From the NCBI RefSeq assembly GCF_009914755.1, contig NC_060930.1: DNA of 64,000 bases. The stretch is one strand, 5' to 3'. Position numbers and translations under genes: made by a program. The stretch comes from the human T2T-CHM13v2.0 reference genome, Homo sapiens. This document shows, in pieces, positions 1-14,632 of this stretch. Each line of letters starts with the position of its first letter. The stretch's first letter is position 1. Under the pieces are notes generated by a model. It was not told the DNA's origin. It was given only the letters and a program-made list of their open reading frames with translations, and searched no databases.

Positions 1-566
1 TATTCCAAAACTTCATTTCCTGCATCCCAAATAATATTTACTTAAAGGAAGATACAAATGTTTAAAATCACAAGTAGGACTGGAACTCCATCCTCAGTTT
101 TAGGCAAAATCACAACTATAATATTTTCCAGGACAAGAGGCGCCACCCCGTTTGTCAGGCCCCAGAGATGTCCTTACCTACATCAGTAACCCCTTCAAGG
201 TTCACGAACCTTCTCACTGACAAAAAACTCCCATAACAGAAACGAAAGAGCTCCTGTTCAACTACAGCAACACCCCCAAGGCTTGAACATCAGGAAGGAC
301 GTGAACAGCACCTGCTACCTAGACTCTCCCGCACTTCACGGGCTGGTTGGGTTTCAGACCTGGAAGTGGCGCAGGCCTCCAACCTCCAGGGGAGGAGGAT
401 GAGGCCAATGTTCTAGGTCAAGGTCTTGCCTAAGATCAGACAGGTGGTAGGTATCAAGGTCAGGAGCTGCATTCAGGCCCCAGGTGTTCTGAATTTCAGC
501 CCAGAACGCTTCCCATTGGATTCCAGGGCCAATACTAACTCCTCCACTCAGCAGGCCATCAGCAAG

Positions 567-616
567 CTCCTGTGTTCCAGGCACCGTCCTTCTCCTGTGT
601 TCCAGGCACCGTCCTT
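567..616. repeat. Exact 25-bp tandem duplication
   Basis: ctcctgtgttccaggcaccgtcctt at 567-591 and 592-616. Confidence 0.9.
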
Positions 617-679
617 GACACTAGGGAGAGAGTTGCCAGCACAATGGACAGGGCCCTTAGCCATGCAGCTTCCATTCTA

Positions 680-1260
680 GCGGGAGGAGAGACACAAAGA
701 GGCAGGTGAAGAACGTGAGGGGGGTTCAGAGAAGCCACGGAGGCTTCTCTGATGCAGAGACTGAAAGAGTGTGGGGAGCAGTCCTGCCCTCTAACTTTCT
801 GGGGGAGGAGCAGGTGTCAGTGCCCCAAGGTGAAGCTGAAGGGTCAGTGTGGTTGGAGAGAGGGCATGGGGGTAAGAGGGCAGGAGCTAAGCGGGGTGAG
901 GTTGGGGCGGGGCAGGTCATGGAGAACACTGTAAGCTGCGGGAAGGACCTGGAATTCCACTGAGAGAGCTGTAAAGCCACAGGTGGGTTCTGAATGAGAG
1001 GTAATGTGGTCTCACTTACGTAAAAAGTGCCACTATCTTCACAATGGGCTGTAGGAGGGCAAGAATGGAGGCCGTGAGGCTCTTAAATCCACAGCAGAGA
1101 GGATGGCGGCTTTGTTTAGCGGGGCTTGGGAGGCTGGTGAGACACAGCTGGATTCTGGGTTGATTTCCGAAGGAGAGTGAGTGAACCGTTCGCTGATGGA
1201 TAAGTTGTGGGGTGTGAGAGAGGGAGGGGAGTCAATGTTGACTCTGATGCTTTGGGGTTT
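680..1260 (-). mobile_element. L2 LINE fragment (degenerate)
   Basis: Purine-rich L2-type stretches (gggcaggtcatggagaac..., gaggtaatgtggtctcacttacg, gagtcaatgttgactc); boundaries approximate. Confidence 0.55.
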
Positions 1261-2992
1261 CAGCAAAAAGAATACCAGCATTTGCTGAGCACCTACTAAG
1301 TGTCAAGCATATTTTCTCTACCAGTCTCAGAAACTCTCAAGTGTGGGCATTTGCCCCCATTACACAGATGAACGACGGCTCGTGGAAACCCCGCACCTTG
1401 CTATGGTCACGCACGTGGAGCGTGCTGTGTGGAATACAAGCTGGTCTACCTCTTTTTCTTCCTCCTACTTGGATCTGCTTCCAGCAATCAAGCAACTCCA
1501 GTTCCCTCCACCTTCTAAAGTTTGTGTGTGTTTCTACATTACATCCTCTCCGTGATTCTCCTCTGAAACCTCTCCACGCTCTTCAAAGCATATATTTAGC
1601 TATTGAGTCACAAATCCACTGCAGCTCTCATGAGGTCTTTATCTTAAATACCAGCCAAAAAGAAAGAATTTGCCTGGGGACTTAATACTCCCATGTAGAG
1701 TTTAATTTATGTTAAACGTATTTCTGTAATGGTCTTCATTAGAGGCACCAAGATGGGATACAGTAGCTATTATATAAAGATAGCCAGCTAACACTTCTGA
1801 GGTATATGCAGATTTTGGGGGTACTGCCTTTTCCAATTGACAGCATCTGTTTGAGGAATGTGAGTTTATTTTATTTTTTTAAAGTCAGCTCTCTACATAT
1901 TCCTGCAAGTTTTGGAAGGGAAATAAATGATAGCACTTCAACATCAGCCATTTTCCCTAAAAATCACTTAAAACTGACATTAGAGAATGCAGATGTGGAT
2001 GATCATTACTGTAGAGGTTACTTTCTTATAACATGTTCTTGCTATGAGGGTTGCATTGAAAAATGAGGCTCTGAAACGATAACCTTTGGGCCATAATAAG
2101 CACCAGTGACCTTTTACATGGACAGACACAAAGTTATTTTTATTAAATCAAGCTGAGGTTGTGGTTGTGTCAGATATATATTTTTAACCATGGTAGAGTT
2201 GCAGGAGGAATGGCCTGTGTGGGATTCCATACTTCAAACTTGGTAGAATACAGTTAGGGAAGGATTCTGCAACCACTTCTCTCTTCCTCTTCATCGGACT
2301 GCTCCACACCCAATACTGCAAACATGAGTCAAGAGAGCCCATAAAATTACCCAAGTGTAGGCCTACCTCACAATGAATACTTGAAAGCTTTCACTAGCAT
2401 TATAAAGTAACTTTTCATTCTTTGAATGATCTGTCTCATGAGTAATGTCATCTAGCAATGTAGCAAGGTAGGACACTCCCCCTGAATAACAAGCAGTGTG
2501 GAACTGAAATAGAGATATAATGTTAGAAATGACACCACCTCTTTGAATCAGATACATTTGTATCTTCTGGTATAAGACAATGGATATTAGGAGTAAATAT
2601 GTTCCTGGCAACCCTAAGTAAACTTGAAAATTCAGGGTTGAGCCCATCCCTCACTGACACACAAATCTCCTTCTTATTGCTTTTCTGTCCTGCAACTATT
2701 TATCTTCCCAGGATTTTTGTCCAACAACATTGTCTACAATTCTAATTCAACGGTCACCTTGGCAAAGGATTAATATACTGTAATGTCTAGCAAATGATCA
2801 CCTCATAAACGTCTTCTGAAAAATTGTAATAAAGTGAAGACGCGTGATTTCCTTAGGTCAAGAGGAGCATACCTGGATTAATCATAAATGAGTATTCACA
2901 CTGGCTTACAACAGCATAGAAAACAAGTTGAAATATATGTAGATAACATATAAAGCATGACCACTGATTAATAAGATTGCTTTTATTAATCA

Positions 2993-4567
<1,575 letters not shown>

Positions 4568-4779
4568 GTGATCTTAGAAGTCTACTATTACCTATACCAG
4601 TCTTGGTTCAAAATACGTCTTAAGTGTCCCTTTGGGAACTGCCTTAACAGTGGGTCTACAAGGCACATTAGAAAAGCAGTTTTATATGGTATAGTTACAG
4701 TGTTCTAAAATTTATTTTGCCCTAACAGCTTTATTAAGGTATATAATTAACATACAATAAAGAGATGGCATCCTATCTG

Positions 4780-6700
4780 TGCTCCTATGTAAACATATCA
4801 TGTCCTTTTTCTCTGGCTACCTTTAACATTTTTGTTTATCACTGGTTTTGTGCTGTATGATTATGAAGGACCTCAGTGCAGTTTTTTTCATGTTTCTTTT
4901 GTTGGGATTTGTGGTGGTTAATACTGAATGTCAACTTGACTGGATTGAAGGATGCAAAGTATTGTTCCTGGGTGTGTCTGTGAGGGAGTTGCCAAAGGAG
5001 ATCAACATTTGAGTCCGTGGACTGGGAGAAGCAGACCCACCCTCAGTCTGGGTGGTCAGCATCTAATCAGCTGCCAGTGTAAAAGCAGACATGGGAAGGG
5101 CAGACTTGCTGAGCCTTCTGGCCTCCATCTTCCTCCCATGCTAGATGCTTCCTGCCCTGGAACATCAGACTCCAAGTTCTTCAGCTTTTGAACTCTTGGA
5201 CTTATACTAGTGATTTGCCAGGGGCTCTTGGGCCTTCGGCCACAGACTGAAGGCTGCACTATCGGCTTCCCTGCTTTTAAGGTTTTGGGACTCGGACTGG
5301 CTTCCTGGTTCCTCGGCTTGCAGACAGCCTATGGTGGGACTTCACCCTGTGACCATGTGAGTCAGTTCTCCTAATAAACTACCCTTCATATATTCATCTA
5401 TCCTATTAGTTCTGTCCCTCTAGAGAATGCTGACTAATACAGGGTTTGTTGAGCTTCTTGGATATTTGTGTTCGTAGTTTTCATGAAATTTGGAAAAAAA
5501 TGTTTAGCATTATTTCTTCAAATATCTTTTCTGTCCTCCCCTCCTTTTTGGGGACTCCAATTACACACGTACATTAGGGCATTGGAAGTTGTCCTCCAGA
5601 ACTGATTCTCTGTTAATTTTTTTAAAATTCTGTTTTTCTGTTTCATATTACATAGTCCCTATTGCTACGTCTTCAAGTTCACTAATCTTTTCTTTTACAA
5701 TGTCTAATACGCCATTAATTCTGTCAATGTAATTTTCATGACAGACATTATAGATTTCATCTTTAAGTTCAATCTGAGTGTCTTCTTTATATCTTCCTTC
5801 TACTTAACTTTCTTAACATACAGAATAAGGTTCTAAAAATTAGTTTAACATCTCTACTGCTAATTCTAACATCTGCATCAGTTCTGGGTTGATTTTGATT
5901 GGTTCTTTTTCTCTTGTTTAGGGGATATATTTTCCTGCTTCTTTGCAAGCTTGGTAATTTTTTATTGGATGCCATTAATTGTGAAATTTATCTTCTGGGG
6001 CAGTAGATATTTTTGTATTCCTGTACATACTCTTGAACTTCGTTTCTGGGACCCAGTTATGTTACTTGGAAGCAGCGGTACTTTTGGCTCCTCCTTTCGT
6101 GATTTGTTAGGCAGGTCTGGAGCAGCCAGTGCCCCTTCTAAGAGGCAAGACCCTTCCGAACACCCTACCAATGCCCTGTGGATTTTAATCTTTTCCAGTC
6201 TGGCTGGTGGAAACAGGCCACCTTCCCAGCCCTGTGTGAACATTCAGTACTGTTCCCTCTAATCCTTTTGGATGGTTGTTCCCCAGCCTTAGGTAGTTTC
6301 CTCCTGTGCTGATCAGCACTGCCCTGACTGCTCCAGGGGCACCTCTGCAGATCTCTGGAGCAATCTCTGCAATTCTCCTCACCTCTGCCCTGCGTTCTCT
6401 TACCAGTCCGGCTGCCCTGAACTCTGTCCTCTAAGCTTAGGGAACTTGCTGGGCTCTGCCCGAATCCTGTCCCCATGCCTCATCCTGTTCAGTCTCCCAG
6501 CAGTGAGCTAGGGTACTCGAAGGGCTCACCTCATTTGTTTCCTGTATCTCAGAGGTTACTGTCCTCCGTTGCCTGACATCCAGTGTGTACTAAAAAACAT
6601 TTTTCCATATATTTTTGTTGTTGTTGTTGTTGTTTTGTCTTTTGGGCAGGAGGGCAAATCTGTCCCTGTCACTCCATCTTGGCTGGAAGTGGCTGTCTTA
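4780..6700 (-). mobile_element. Old L1M ORF1/5' region fragment, interrupted by an MLT2A LTR
   Basis: T-rich antisense L1M-like stretches (ttcatgaaatttggaa...cattatttcttcaaata, tcttcaagttcactaatc). Confidence 0.65.
4910..5441 (+). mobile_element. MLT2A (ERVL) solo LTR
   Basis: TGtggtggttaatactgaatgtcaacttg...aataaa...gttctgtccctctagagaatgctgactaataCA; 5-bp TSD ggatt/gggtt. Confidence 0.9.
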
Positions 6701-6844
6701 ATGCTAGTGTTTAGTATCACTCAATGCGGCCATCAACTTGGCAAGGGTTGACTTTGGATTACTTTTTCTTATTTCAGGAAAATAAAATGGCAAAGATAAA
6801 GTTCTGTTACTAGCAAGCACAGTTACTAGTTTGTTTTCTCTGTT

Positions 6845-7065
6845 ATCATTTACTGAGCACGTGCTATGTACCCTCCAAGTAGGCTGTGCTTTATGTACAT
6901 TTTTCTTATTTTAATCTAACAAACTTATAAAACAAATACTATGAGTTTTATTTTATATAAGAGGAAACTGGAACTTAGAGAGTCAAATAACTTGCCCAAG
7001 GTTATACAACTAGCAGGTGACAGGGCTGAGTTGAAAACAAGTTTCTCCAATTCCAAAGACTGTTT
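6845..7065 (-). mobile_element. MIR SINE
   Basis: Reverse MIR core gaggaaactg...aataacttgcccaaggttatacaactag. Confidence 0.8.
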
Positions 7066-7189
7066 TTATTCACTGCAGTTCTGAAGGCACTAAAGAGAAG
7101 ATCCTGGGCCCCCAAAGTGTGTTTGAACAATGGTAGCATTGTTAAAATACATAATTCTCTGATGACTTGACAAAGCATAATGATGCCAA

Positions 7190-7390
7190 TTACTCTCTTT
7201 TACTGATTCTACTATGCTACGGATTGTAAGAGGTACTATTATTTTATCTGTCCGTAAGAAGGAAAAAAATCTACCCATTAAACCACAGCATAGTGTTTTA
7301 GATGCCGTTAATTTTAGGGTGGATCTCAATTTTAGCATTGTTAAAAAAGAAACAATATGCATATTAAAATCAATAAAATGATACAGTATC
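7190..7390. mobile_element. Ancient Tigger-like DNA transposon MITE
   Basis: Degenerate terminal inverted similarity (tactctcttttactgattcta ... taaaatcaataaaatgatacagta); family uncertain. Confidence 0.4.
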
Positions 7391-7409
7391 ATGTACTGGG
7401 TACTACTGT

Positions 7410-7545
7410 TGCTTTTGATTCTTTCAACAACCCTAAAAGGTAGTCATTGTGGTATGCATTTACAGAAGTAGAAACTGAGGCTCAGGCTCAAGGGTAGGTG
7501 ACATGTCTAAGGTCACACTGCAGTAAATGGCAGTGCCAGACTTTT
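7410..7545 (-). mobile_element. MIR fragment
   Basis: catttacagaagtagaaactgaggctcag...aaggtcacac. Confidence 0.7.
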
Positions 7546-9569
7546 GCTACTTCTTATATGCTTGTCAAAAAAATCAGTCCTATTAAAATCAAACATATGC
7601 TTTTAATGGCATGTCAAGCCCATGTGTGTATACACACACGTCTGCACACATGTATATGCCTAGGTGCTCCCTAGGAGTTATATTTGCTTTAGTAGCATAG
7701 CAAGAGGTGGAAATAGGATAAATGAGTGTGTTGGCAGAATGACATTTCTCATCTGCCCACAATCTAGTGAATAAACAATTACGTCGTGAAGGTTACATAA
7801 ACTTAGAAAAAGCTTATAGTATTTATTGCAGCAATAACCAAATTTTAAACTAGGACATACACCTGTCCAAATGAAAAGTACCTATTACTTTTATAGATTC
7901 CTACCTAGTTTTGTGCAGTAAGACCCAGAGCCAACCCTGCTTTGGCAGGTGTTTGTCTAACGTTCTTTGAGTAAGGAATGCTTCCTCACAATACCACAGA
8001 GGAGGGTGCCATTTCAAGTAGAATTTCTTTGTTTTCTTGTTAATTCTGTATCTCTTCAGTGTAAAACACAGAGAACAGAGTCATATTTCTTTATATGAGC
8101 AAATTAAAAAAAAAATAACAAACTTCCCTGAGGATAAAAGTGTGAGGACGGTCATTTACTTGGATTGACAAATGCAGCCCATGACGGGGTCCAGGAAAGC
8201 TCGTCTGCACAATATACCACCAGTTCACTAGGTGACGTAGAGAATCCTGAAGAGTCTGGCTACTGTTTAAGATCCTCATTTCTGATATGAGTTAGAAATC
8301 TCCACAGTGAGTGAATCTTAAATTTGGAGTCTTCTGTAAAAACTGAACCAATGAATAGCATTGAAACGGTAGAATGAAATTCAACTACCTTTGAGGCCTC
8401 ACATCAGTAATCCCCTCTACAAAATCATAGTTATCTTAATGCAAAGACTGCTGTAATCCTGGCCTTGCAATGCACTATTTTTCATCTGAATGGTTCAACT
8501 GTGTGTCCTATTTCAGAAGAGGAAGGGGTGACAGTGACATACAGGGCACAGATTTTCTGTATGTTATATTGGTAATCATAGAGGGCTCTCTCATGCAGCA
8601 GTAGATAACGTCTAACAGCCAGTTCTTTCTCAACATCAGCATCAGCATGTGGCCATGACAAATGAAGTCTGGAAGTAGCTCTTGGCAGAATCCTTAAGGC
8701 TGCAACAGAAGATGTGTGCTTTTCCCTGCAAGGCCCCTGTGTGCAGGGACCCTGCCCTGTCACTCTGAGGTCCTGGCACCGCCTCTTCAGAGTCCCACGT
8801 GTTCTTTTCCAGGCTCCAACTTAAGAGCCTGGTTTCCAGTGACTTGGCCCTGAGAACAAACAGTGCTGAGATGAAGCCTGTGGCTCCATGAGCAAGCTGA
8901 ACGTGGCCAGAAGGCAATCACAACATTCTTTTCTGTCTTGGTTTTTTTTTTTTTTCTTTTTTTTTTTTTTTAATTTTAGCTTTGATGACAAAAACAATGC
9001 TGGAGGAGAGTGAGAGCACCAAGTTGAACCCACGTGGACCAGCTTTGACGATGAAGCTACAGGCAGCCAAGTCAACTCACACATAGAGAAAGTGGAAAAA
9101 GAACAGAAAAGCAGGAGACAGAAACAAAAACATGCAGGAGAGGGTGATTCTGTTCCATGATCTTGGCTCAGTGCTCCAGGGTTCCTAATGTTTCAGCAAA
9201 AAGAAAATCACTGTAATGAAATGTAATGAGACCCTTTGACACTGAGGAAGTGACAGCTCAGGCTTGGCCTTCTACCACACACCTATAATCTGTGACTTGC
9301 AACAGAACTTTTCCCGAAGAGCGCAGTCCTCCCTGAGCAAAATGGCTAGGGCCTACGCCGTGATTTGCTGCTCTGGAATGGGACACACATGTTGCTAATC
9401 CTTGCAAAACCAGCTGAAGAACCATTTTCCTCCTGAGAATTTTCTTCTGTTCACTGCTAATTTTGGCTACTTTAGTTGCTTTGTTTCTCCTCCACTTAAG
9501 TAAATATTCCTCGAGTTGATGTGCCAAACCTCTCTTTTGGAATAACAGAAGGTTTAACACATATATGCT

Positions 9570-9808
9570 CATAGGGACAGCGCTTTCACACGTTACTGAC
9601 AGCTTCATAGACATCATTTCTATTTCTCCTCAAGACAAGTAAGGCAGAAGGTAAGGCAGACATTATGATGTCCATTTCACAGATGCGGAAAGTGAGGCTC
9701 AGAGGGGTTAAAAGATGACCTGATACAAGTCATAGAGCCGGTATCTGGAAGAAGCAGGAGCAAAGTCCAGGCATCCTGATCCAAGCTAGGTCCACTGCCT
9801 TCCACTCT
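9570..9808 (-). mobile_element. MIR SINE
   Basis: ccatttcacagatgcggaaagtgaggctcagaggggttaa core. Confidence 0.75.
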
Positions 9809-10595
9809 GGAGAGGCTTCATCTCCAACAGAGGAAGGGACGTGAGTGGCTGGAAAATCTCATGGATGAAGAGCCTCAGATTTCATGCTCCTTGGAGTCAC
9901 ATGGTAAAACAACAAGTGTTTGGCCTGTGGTTCTGTCACTTTTACCATCTGTGACCCTGGGGTAAATAATGGCATCTTTAAGCATTTGTTTTTGAAAGAT
10001 GGAAATGATGATAATTAGCTGATTGGGCTGCAGTGAGAAGAAAACAGGCTGGTACATGGATGATGCAGAGAAGTATGTCTGTCACACCGTAGGAGCCCAA
10101 CAGCCCATGCGTTACTTCAGACAATGGCAGCTGTTTGGCTGTGTGAGCCCAAATGCCATAAGTGGGCATGTTTAAGGTGGATGTGATTCCTACGTATGCC
10201 TCCTGAGGAACAATTAACATCCCTAAAGATTGTTGCAGTGCGTTGACGGCAGGTGTCCCCCAAACTCTAAGTGTCCTGTGGAACCTGGGGCAACACACTC
10301 ACAGCCTTTCCCACAGGGCTTCCTCCGAGCCAGATACCAGCAATGTAGACAAAGCATTTGGGAAGTTGGATCAATAGTGAAGGTGGCCAATTCATCCCAG
10401 GTTGCCCAGGACTTTCTCATTTTCAGCACGAATAATCCTGTGCCCCAGGGCAAACTGGGACAGCTGGTCACCCTGTCAATCATAGAGTCTAGGCTGGTAA
10501 CAAAATTAAAAAGCTAGAAACCTATTTCTTATAGGCTATTCCTTAATAGAAAACAATGCAAAAACCTTGGCGCGCTGCAGCCTCATGTTCTGAAC

Positions 10596-10787
10596 CAATG
10601 GTTCTCAAAGTATGGTCCCCAAACCAGGCCAGCAGCATCAGCGTCACATGAGAACTTGTTAGAAAAACAAATTTGGGGCACCATGCACACCTCACGAGTC
10701 AGAAACTGTGGGAATCAGGCCTAGGAATCTGGGTTTGAATGAGCCTTCTGGGTGTTTCTGATGCTTGTGCAAGTCTGAGAACCACTG
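10596..10787. mobile_element. MER5A (hAT-Charlie) MITE
   Basis: Terminal inverted repeats caatggttctcaaa / tctgagaaccactg and typical internal agcagcatcagcgtcac...gaacttgttagaaa. Confidence 0.88.
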
Positions 10788-12469
10788 GTCCAGACCATAA
10801 GTAGAAGTCAGACTAGATGCCAAGGAGAACTAAAACAATGCAAGCTCACGAGAGGAAGCTTTCTTCCTTTGTCATGATCCCTCCATTTTGGATTGCTCAA
10901 ACTGAACGGGGAAAATATGATGGAAGCACTTCCTGCTCTCTTGTTCCATGGGAATCCAGTATGGCTGCGGACGATCAAGGTTAAAGTATCTCCGTAAAGT
11001 AACACACTGACAAGAAAGGCACCTTTAGGGGAGTCAAGCATATCATTTCATCTGTGGCCACATGTGAATGCTAGCTATGTATATGTTCTAAAAAGCAAAG
11101 AGTAGACAAAGAGGAGCGCCGCCCAGCCTCCCAACACCAGAGTCTCACTTCCTCTCCTCAGCTGGCGCTCTGGGGCCGGACTCCAGTAATAACAGCCTCC
11201 TGGGGAGATTAAAGCCCTGGCAAGCACAGTTTATCTTGGTGAATGTATACTTTAGCTTTGTGTGTATCTACACATATACATACACTGCAGTATTTATAGC
11301 TGGTATACATGTGAGGTAGCGCTGGAGACAAGGCCTGGAATGGGTGTACAACACCTATGAGGTTGGAACCAAGATCTTTTAAACGCAAACCTGGTTTCCC
11401 TGAACTGTCCTCCACCCGTGTGGTCCAAACACACACTCAGGTGTTTCGGGAAGAACATCCTCCCTCCCTGCAAATAGGGGCAGCAGTCTTTCTTCTGTTT
11501 CCAGAAAGAGTTGAGTATTTTGTGGTGGCTTCTTTCATCTCTGGGGACTTTGCTTATTAGAAAAATACACAGAATCACCGCTCTCCCGAGTAAGGAAATG
11601 AGATGGCCGGGAGGTGAGCTGAGTCAGGACCGCTGCTTTAAGCCAAGTCTACAGGGTTGGTATTGAGGTGGAGACGCTTCTCAGAGTGCAGCACAGCCCA
11701 CTCTGAGAAGGGCAGGCATGGGGGCCATCCGGCCCCAGTGCCCACGTGTGCGCGACCCTGGACAGAGGGCGGCCTCCAGTGGCAGTGCTGCTCTGTGGCA
11801 CACTGAGGCCTGGTTTCCCTTTTTTTTTTTTTTTTTTTTGGTGGGGGCACATATTTCCTCAGGAAGGAGCAGATAAGTTCCTCCTTAGGCTTGTGAATAC
11901 TTTCTTGTCACCTGGCCAAATGGAATTCCAACGATATTGTGAAGAGGCAGTGCCACTTCACAGCAGACACTCACAACAAGCCACAGTCATGGGGTGGTCA
12001 AAACTCCCAATCTCCATTTTCATGCAAAGCTGAATGGGCAGCTCAGACCTTTAAAAAGTGTCATGAACACATAGGTCCTCTTAGTCTCTGTCTACTTGAC
12101 AAGATCTCTTAGTGTCCATGTGTGATAGAACAGCACATGCCTACACTGTGTGGAGTGAGGGGCTGCCAGAGCCACACGGTGTAGCCTTCTGTCCCCCACG
12201 GAGGCATGGGTGAGAGGAGAGACACAAGACAGAGAGGAAGACTGCACATCAGGCTGCGGAAATGAGCTTGAGGGTTTATGTTTTGAGGTTGCAAAGAAAA
12301 GAAGAAAAATAAGGAAGATGGGGGTGGGGAGAAAGAACAAGCTGGGTGAGGGGAGGAGGAGGGATGTACAGGAGATGGCCTGAGGCAGCCAGGAGGGGTC
12401 TCCAGGAGGGCCTAACTGTGGAGGTTGCTGAGAGGCTAGAGGGGAGAGGCTGGAGCCAGTCCAGCCTAA

Positions 12470-12877
12470 CACATTAACGCAGGTGTAGGGGTTTAAAACA
12501 ATACGTGTCGATCCTCTTACGTTCTTGGTGTGGGCAGGGCTGGCTGCCTCTAGAGGCTCCCGGAAAGAACCCGTTCCCTTGCCTTGTCCAGCTTCTAGAG
12601 GCGCCTACACCCCTTGGCTCGCAGCCCCTTCCTTGAATCACCCTGACCCCGCTTCGTCTTCACTGCTCCTTTTCTGACTCTGACCCTCCTGCCTTCCTCC
12701 TATAAGGACCTTGTGGTTACCATTAGGGCTCCCTGGAAAATCCAGGACCATCTCCAGACCCTTCACTCAATCCCATTTGCAAAGTCTCTGGATTATCATG
12801 TAAGGTGACATAGCCACGTATTCTAGAATTAGCATGGGGACTTCCTTGGGGGTGGGGACATTCTCCTGTGTGCCACA
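12470..12877 (-). mobile_element. MLT1 (ERVL-MaLR, MLT1C/D-like) LTR
   Basis: cttgccttgtccagcttctagagg...tataaggaccttgtggttac...tttgcaaagtc...taaggtgacata...ccaca. Confidence 0.8.
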
Positions 12878-14585
12878 GAGATTAGGATGGCAGCACGCCG
12901 TCTGCTGTGACTCCTCCCTGGCACAGCTGAGGGGCACACACAGCCTCCATACGCAGAGGCAGCTGGCCTAAGCCCTGGGGCTCAGCATCTCACCCATGTT
13001 CTCCAGGCCCAGGTGAGGAGAACAGCAGCTCACACGTGCAGAATGTGAACATTCTGCAAAAGGGAGATATTTTTGCATTCTTTTTCTATAGAAGAACCAC
13101 CCCCTCCGCACCGACACCAAAGTGTATGAGCTCCCACAAAAGTTGGATCTGTCCCTGCATACTAATTTTGTCCATCTATTCAAAGTGCAGGGAAAGGAAC
13201 ATTTCTTTAAGGAAAAGTCTTCATGCTTCTTCTAATTTATCTGTATATGAGAATTTTTTAAAGTATTATTAGAAAACTTCTCACCTTTATTCTCAATTAC
13301 TCTGCGAAAGTTTTTATTTTTACTCTGGATTTTAAAATATGCTTGTGGGGAAGAAATCTACAATCCCTTAATTCCATTTTCATATAGTCACAAAATCATC
13401 AGAAGAAAATGGAATTTTCTGTTCAGATTAAATACAGCTCCTCAGTACCACTGAAAGCAGGAGGGAAGGGAGAGCCTGGGGCAAGTTCCATAGACTCTAA
13501 ATTACTAGCTTCTGCAAATCATTAGTTTCTCCCCTGGGAGAAAAGCAGCTCTACAGTCTTCTGGTTCCGAGGCACCCTCAGCAGGGTCAGGAGCTGCACG
13601 GCCACATTTTAAATTCTAGTGGGCACAGCTAAAACAGGATGAACCGAAGTCGGCCTGAATATTGGGACACTGATTTGAGGAGAGAGATGGCAACGTGGGA
13701 CAACAGCATCTGATTTTGATGTCTTTTGTCTAGTGATGTCCTATGCGGTGGCAAGAAAGAAGACTGCAGGTGCCAGCACACCTCGCGCTGTCCCTCCTCG
13801 GGCCCAGCACTGGGACCTGAGGCTGAGCAGTCCACCTCCACCAAGAACAGGAATGCCTGACACTCAAAGGCCATCCCAGCCCCAGTTCTGGAAATCCGAG
13901 ACCCTAACTGTACTTTAAAAGATAACTGACAGACAGGTGGCAGGAGTCAAGAAGGGTCAGTCATAACTTATCCTATTCGTAAATCATAACAGTGAAGTGC
14001 AAAATCCCAGGAAGCCAGCTCAGGCTGATGATGCCGCCGGGGTGACAAACCAGGGACTAAAAAGTCTGGGTTCAGGAATCTTTAGGTAATTAACTGTAGA
14101 ATGACTAGATACCCGCCTCCCATATTTACAGCGCATGCCTTTGCTAAACCCATTTGCCCTCCTTCATTTCTTCCTGTCTCTCTGCCTCTCCCTCCCTTCC
14201 CTTAGCGTGGAGTACATCAATCTGTCCGAAGGGATAAACTATATTTGTGTTAAGCTTTCATTTATAATTAACCAGCTGACCCCAATTCCACACATAAATG
14301 GCACTTATTATTTAAAAAATACAGGCTACATTTCTTTCATTGTTCACTGTGTCATTATGTATACATAATGTTTCCTTCCCATAGAGAATAAAATAATGAC
14401 CAAAGTTCTGTCCTTCAACCCAATGTCTCCACAGTGTGTCTTTCCACCCTTGTTAAACACTGCCTGCTTACATGTTTTCAAAACACATGACCCGCATCTA
14501 CTCTGACACTTTCCCATTCATCGACAGAGCAACTTCAGTCCTTAATTAGGGCAGTGTTTGAGCTTAAAGGCAAGTCTGTACAATT

Positions 14586-14632
14586 GAAAAGGTGCATATT
14601 CAAAAAAAAAGAAAAAGAAAAGATGCATATTC
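14586..14632 (+). repeat. A-rich insert between 16-bp direct repeats (probable poly(A)-only retrotransposition scar)
   Basis: gaaaaggtgcatattc + A9GA5 + gaaaagatgcatattc. Confidence 0.7.

Noticed and set aside
8482-8763. Protein-like ORF (EKELAVRRYLLLHERALYDYQY)
   Set aside because: No family recognised, does not match the expected next GMDS segment (DFLQGD...), and lacks convincing splice sites.
8942-8979. Poly-T plus ttttag as a strong plus-strand acceptor, or a retrocopy tail
   Set aside because: No matching donor, TSD or source gene identifiable; the same applies to the T-run at 11820-11839.
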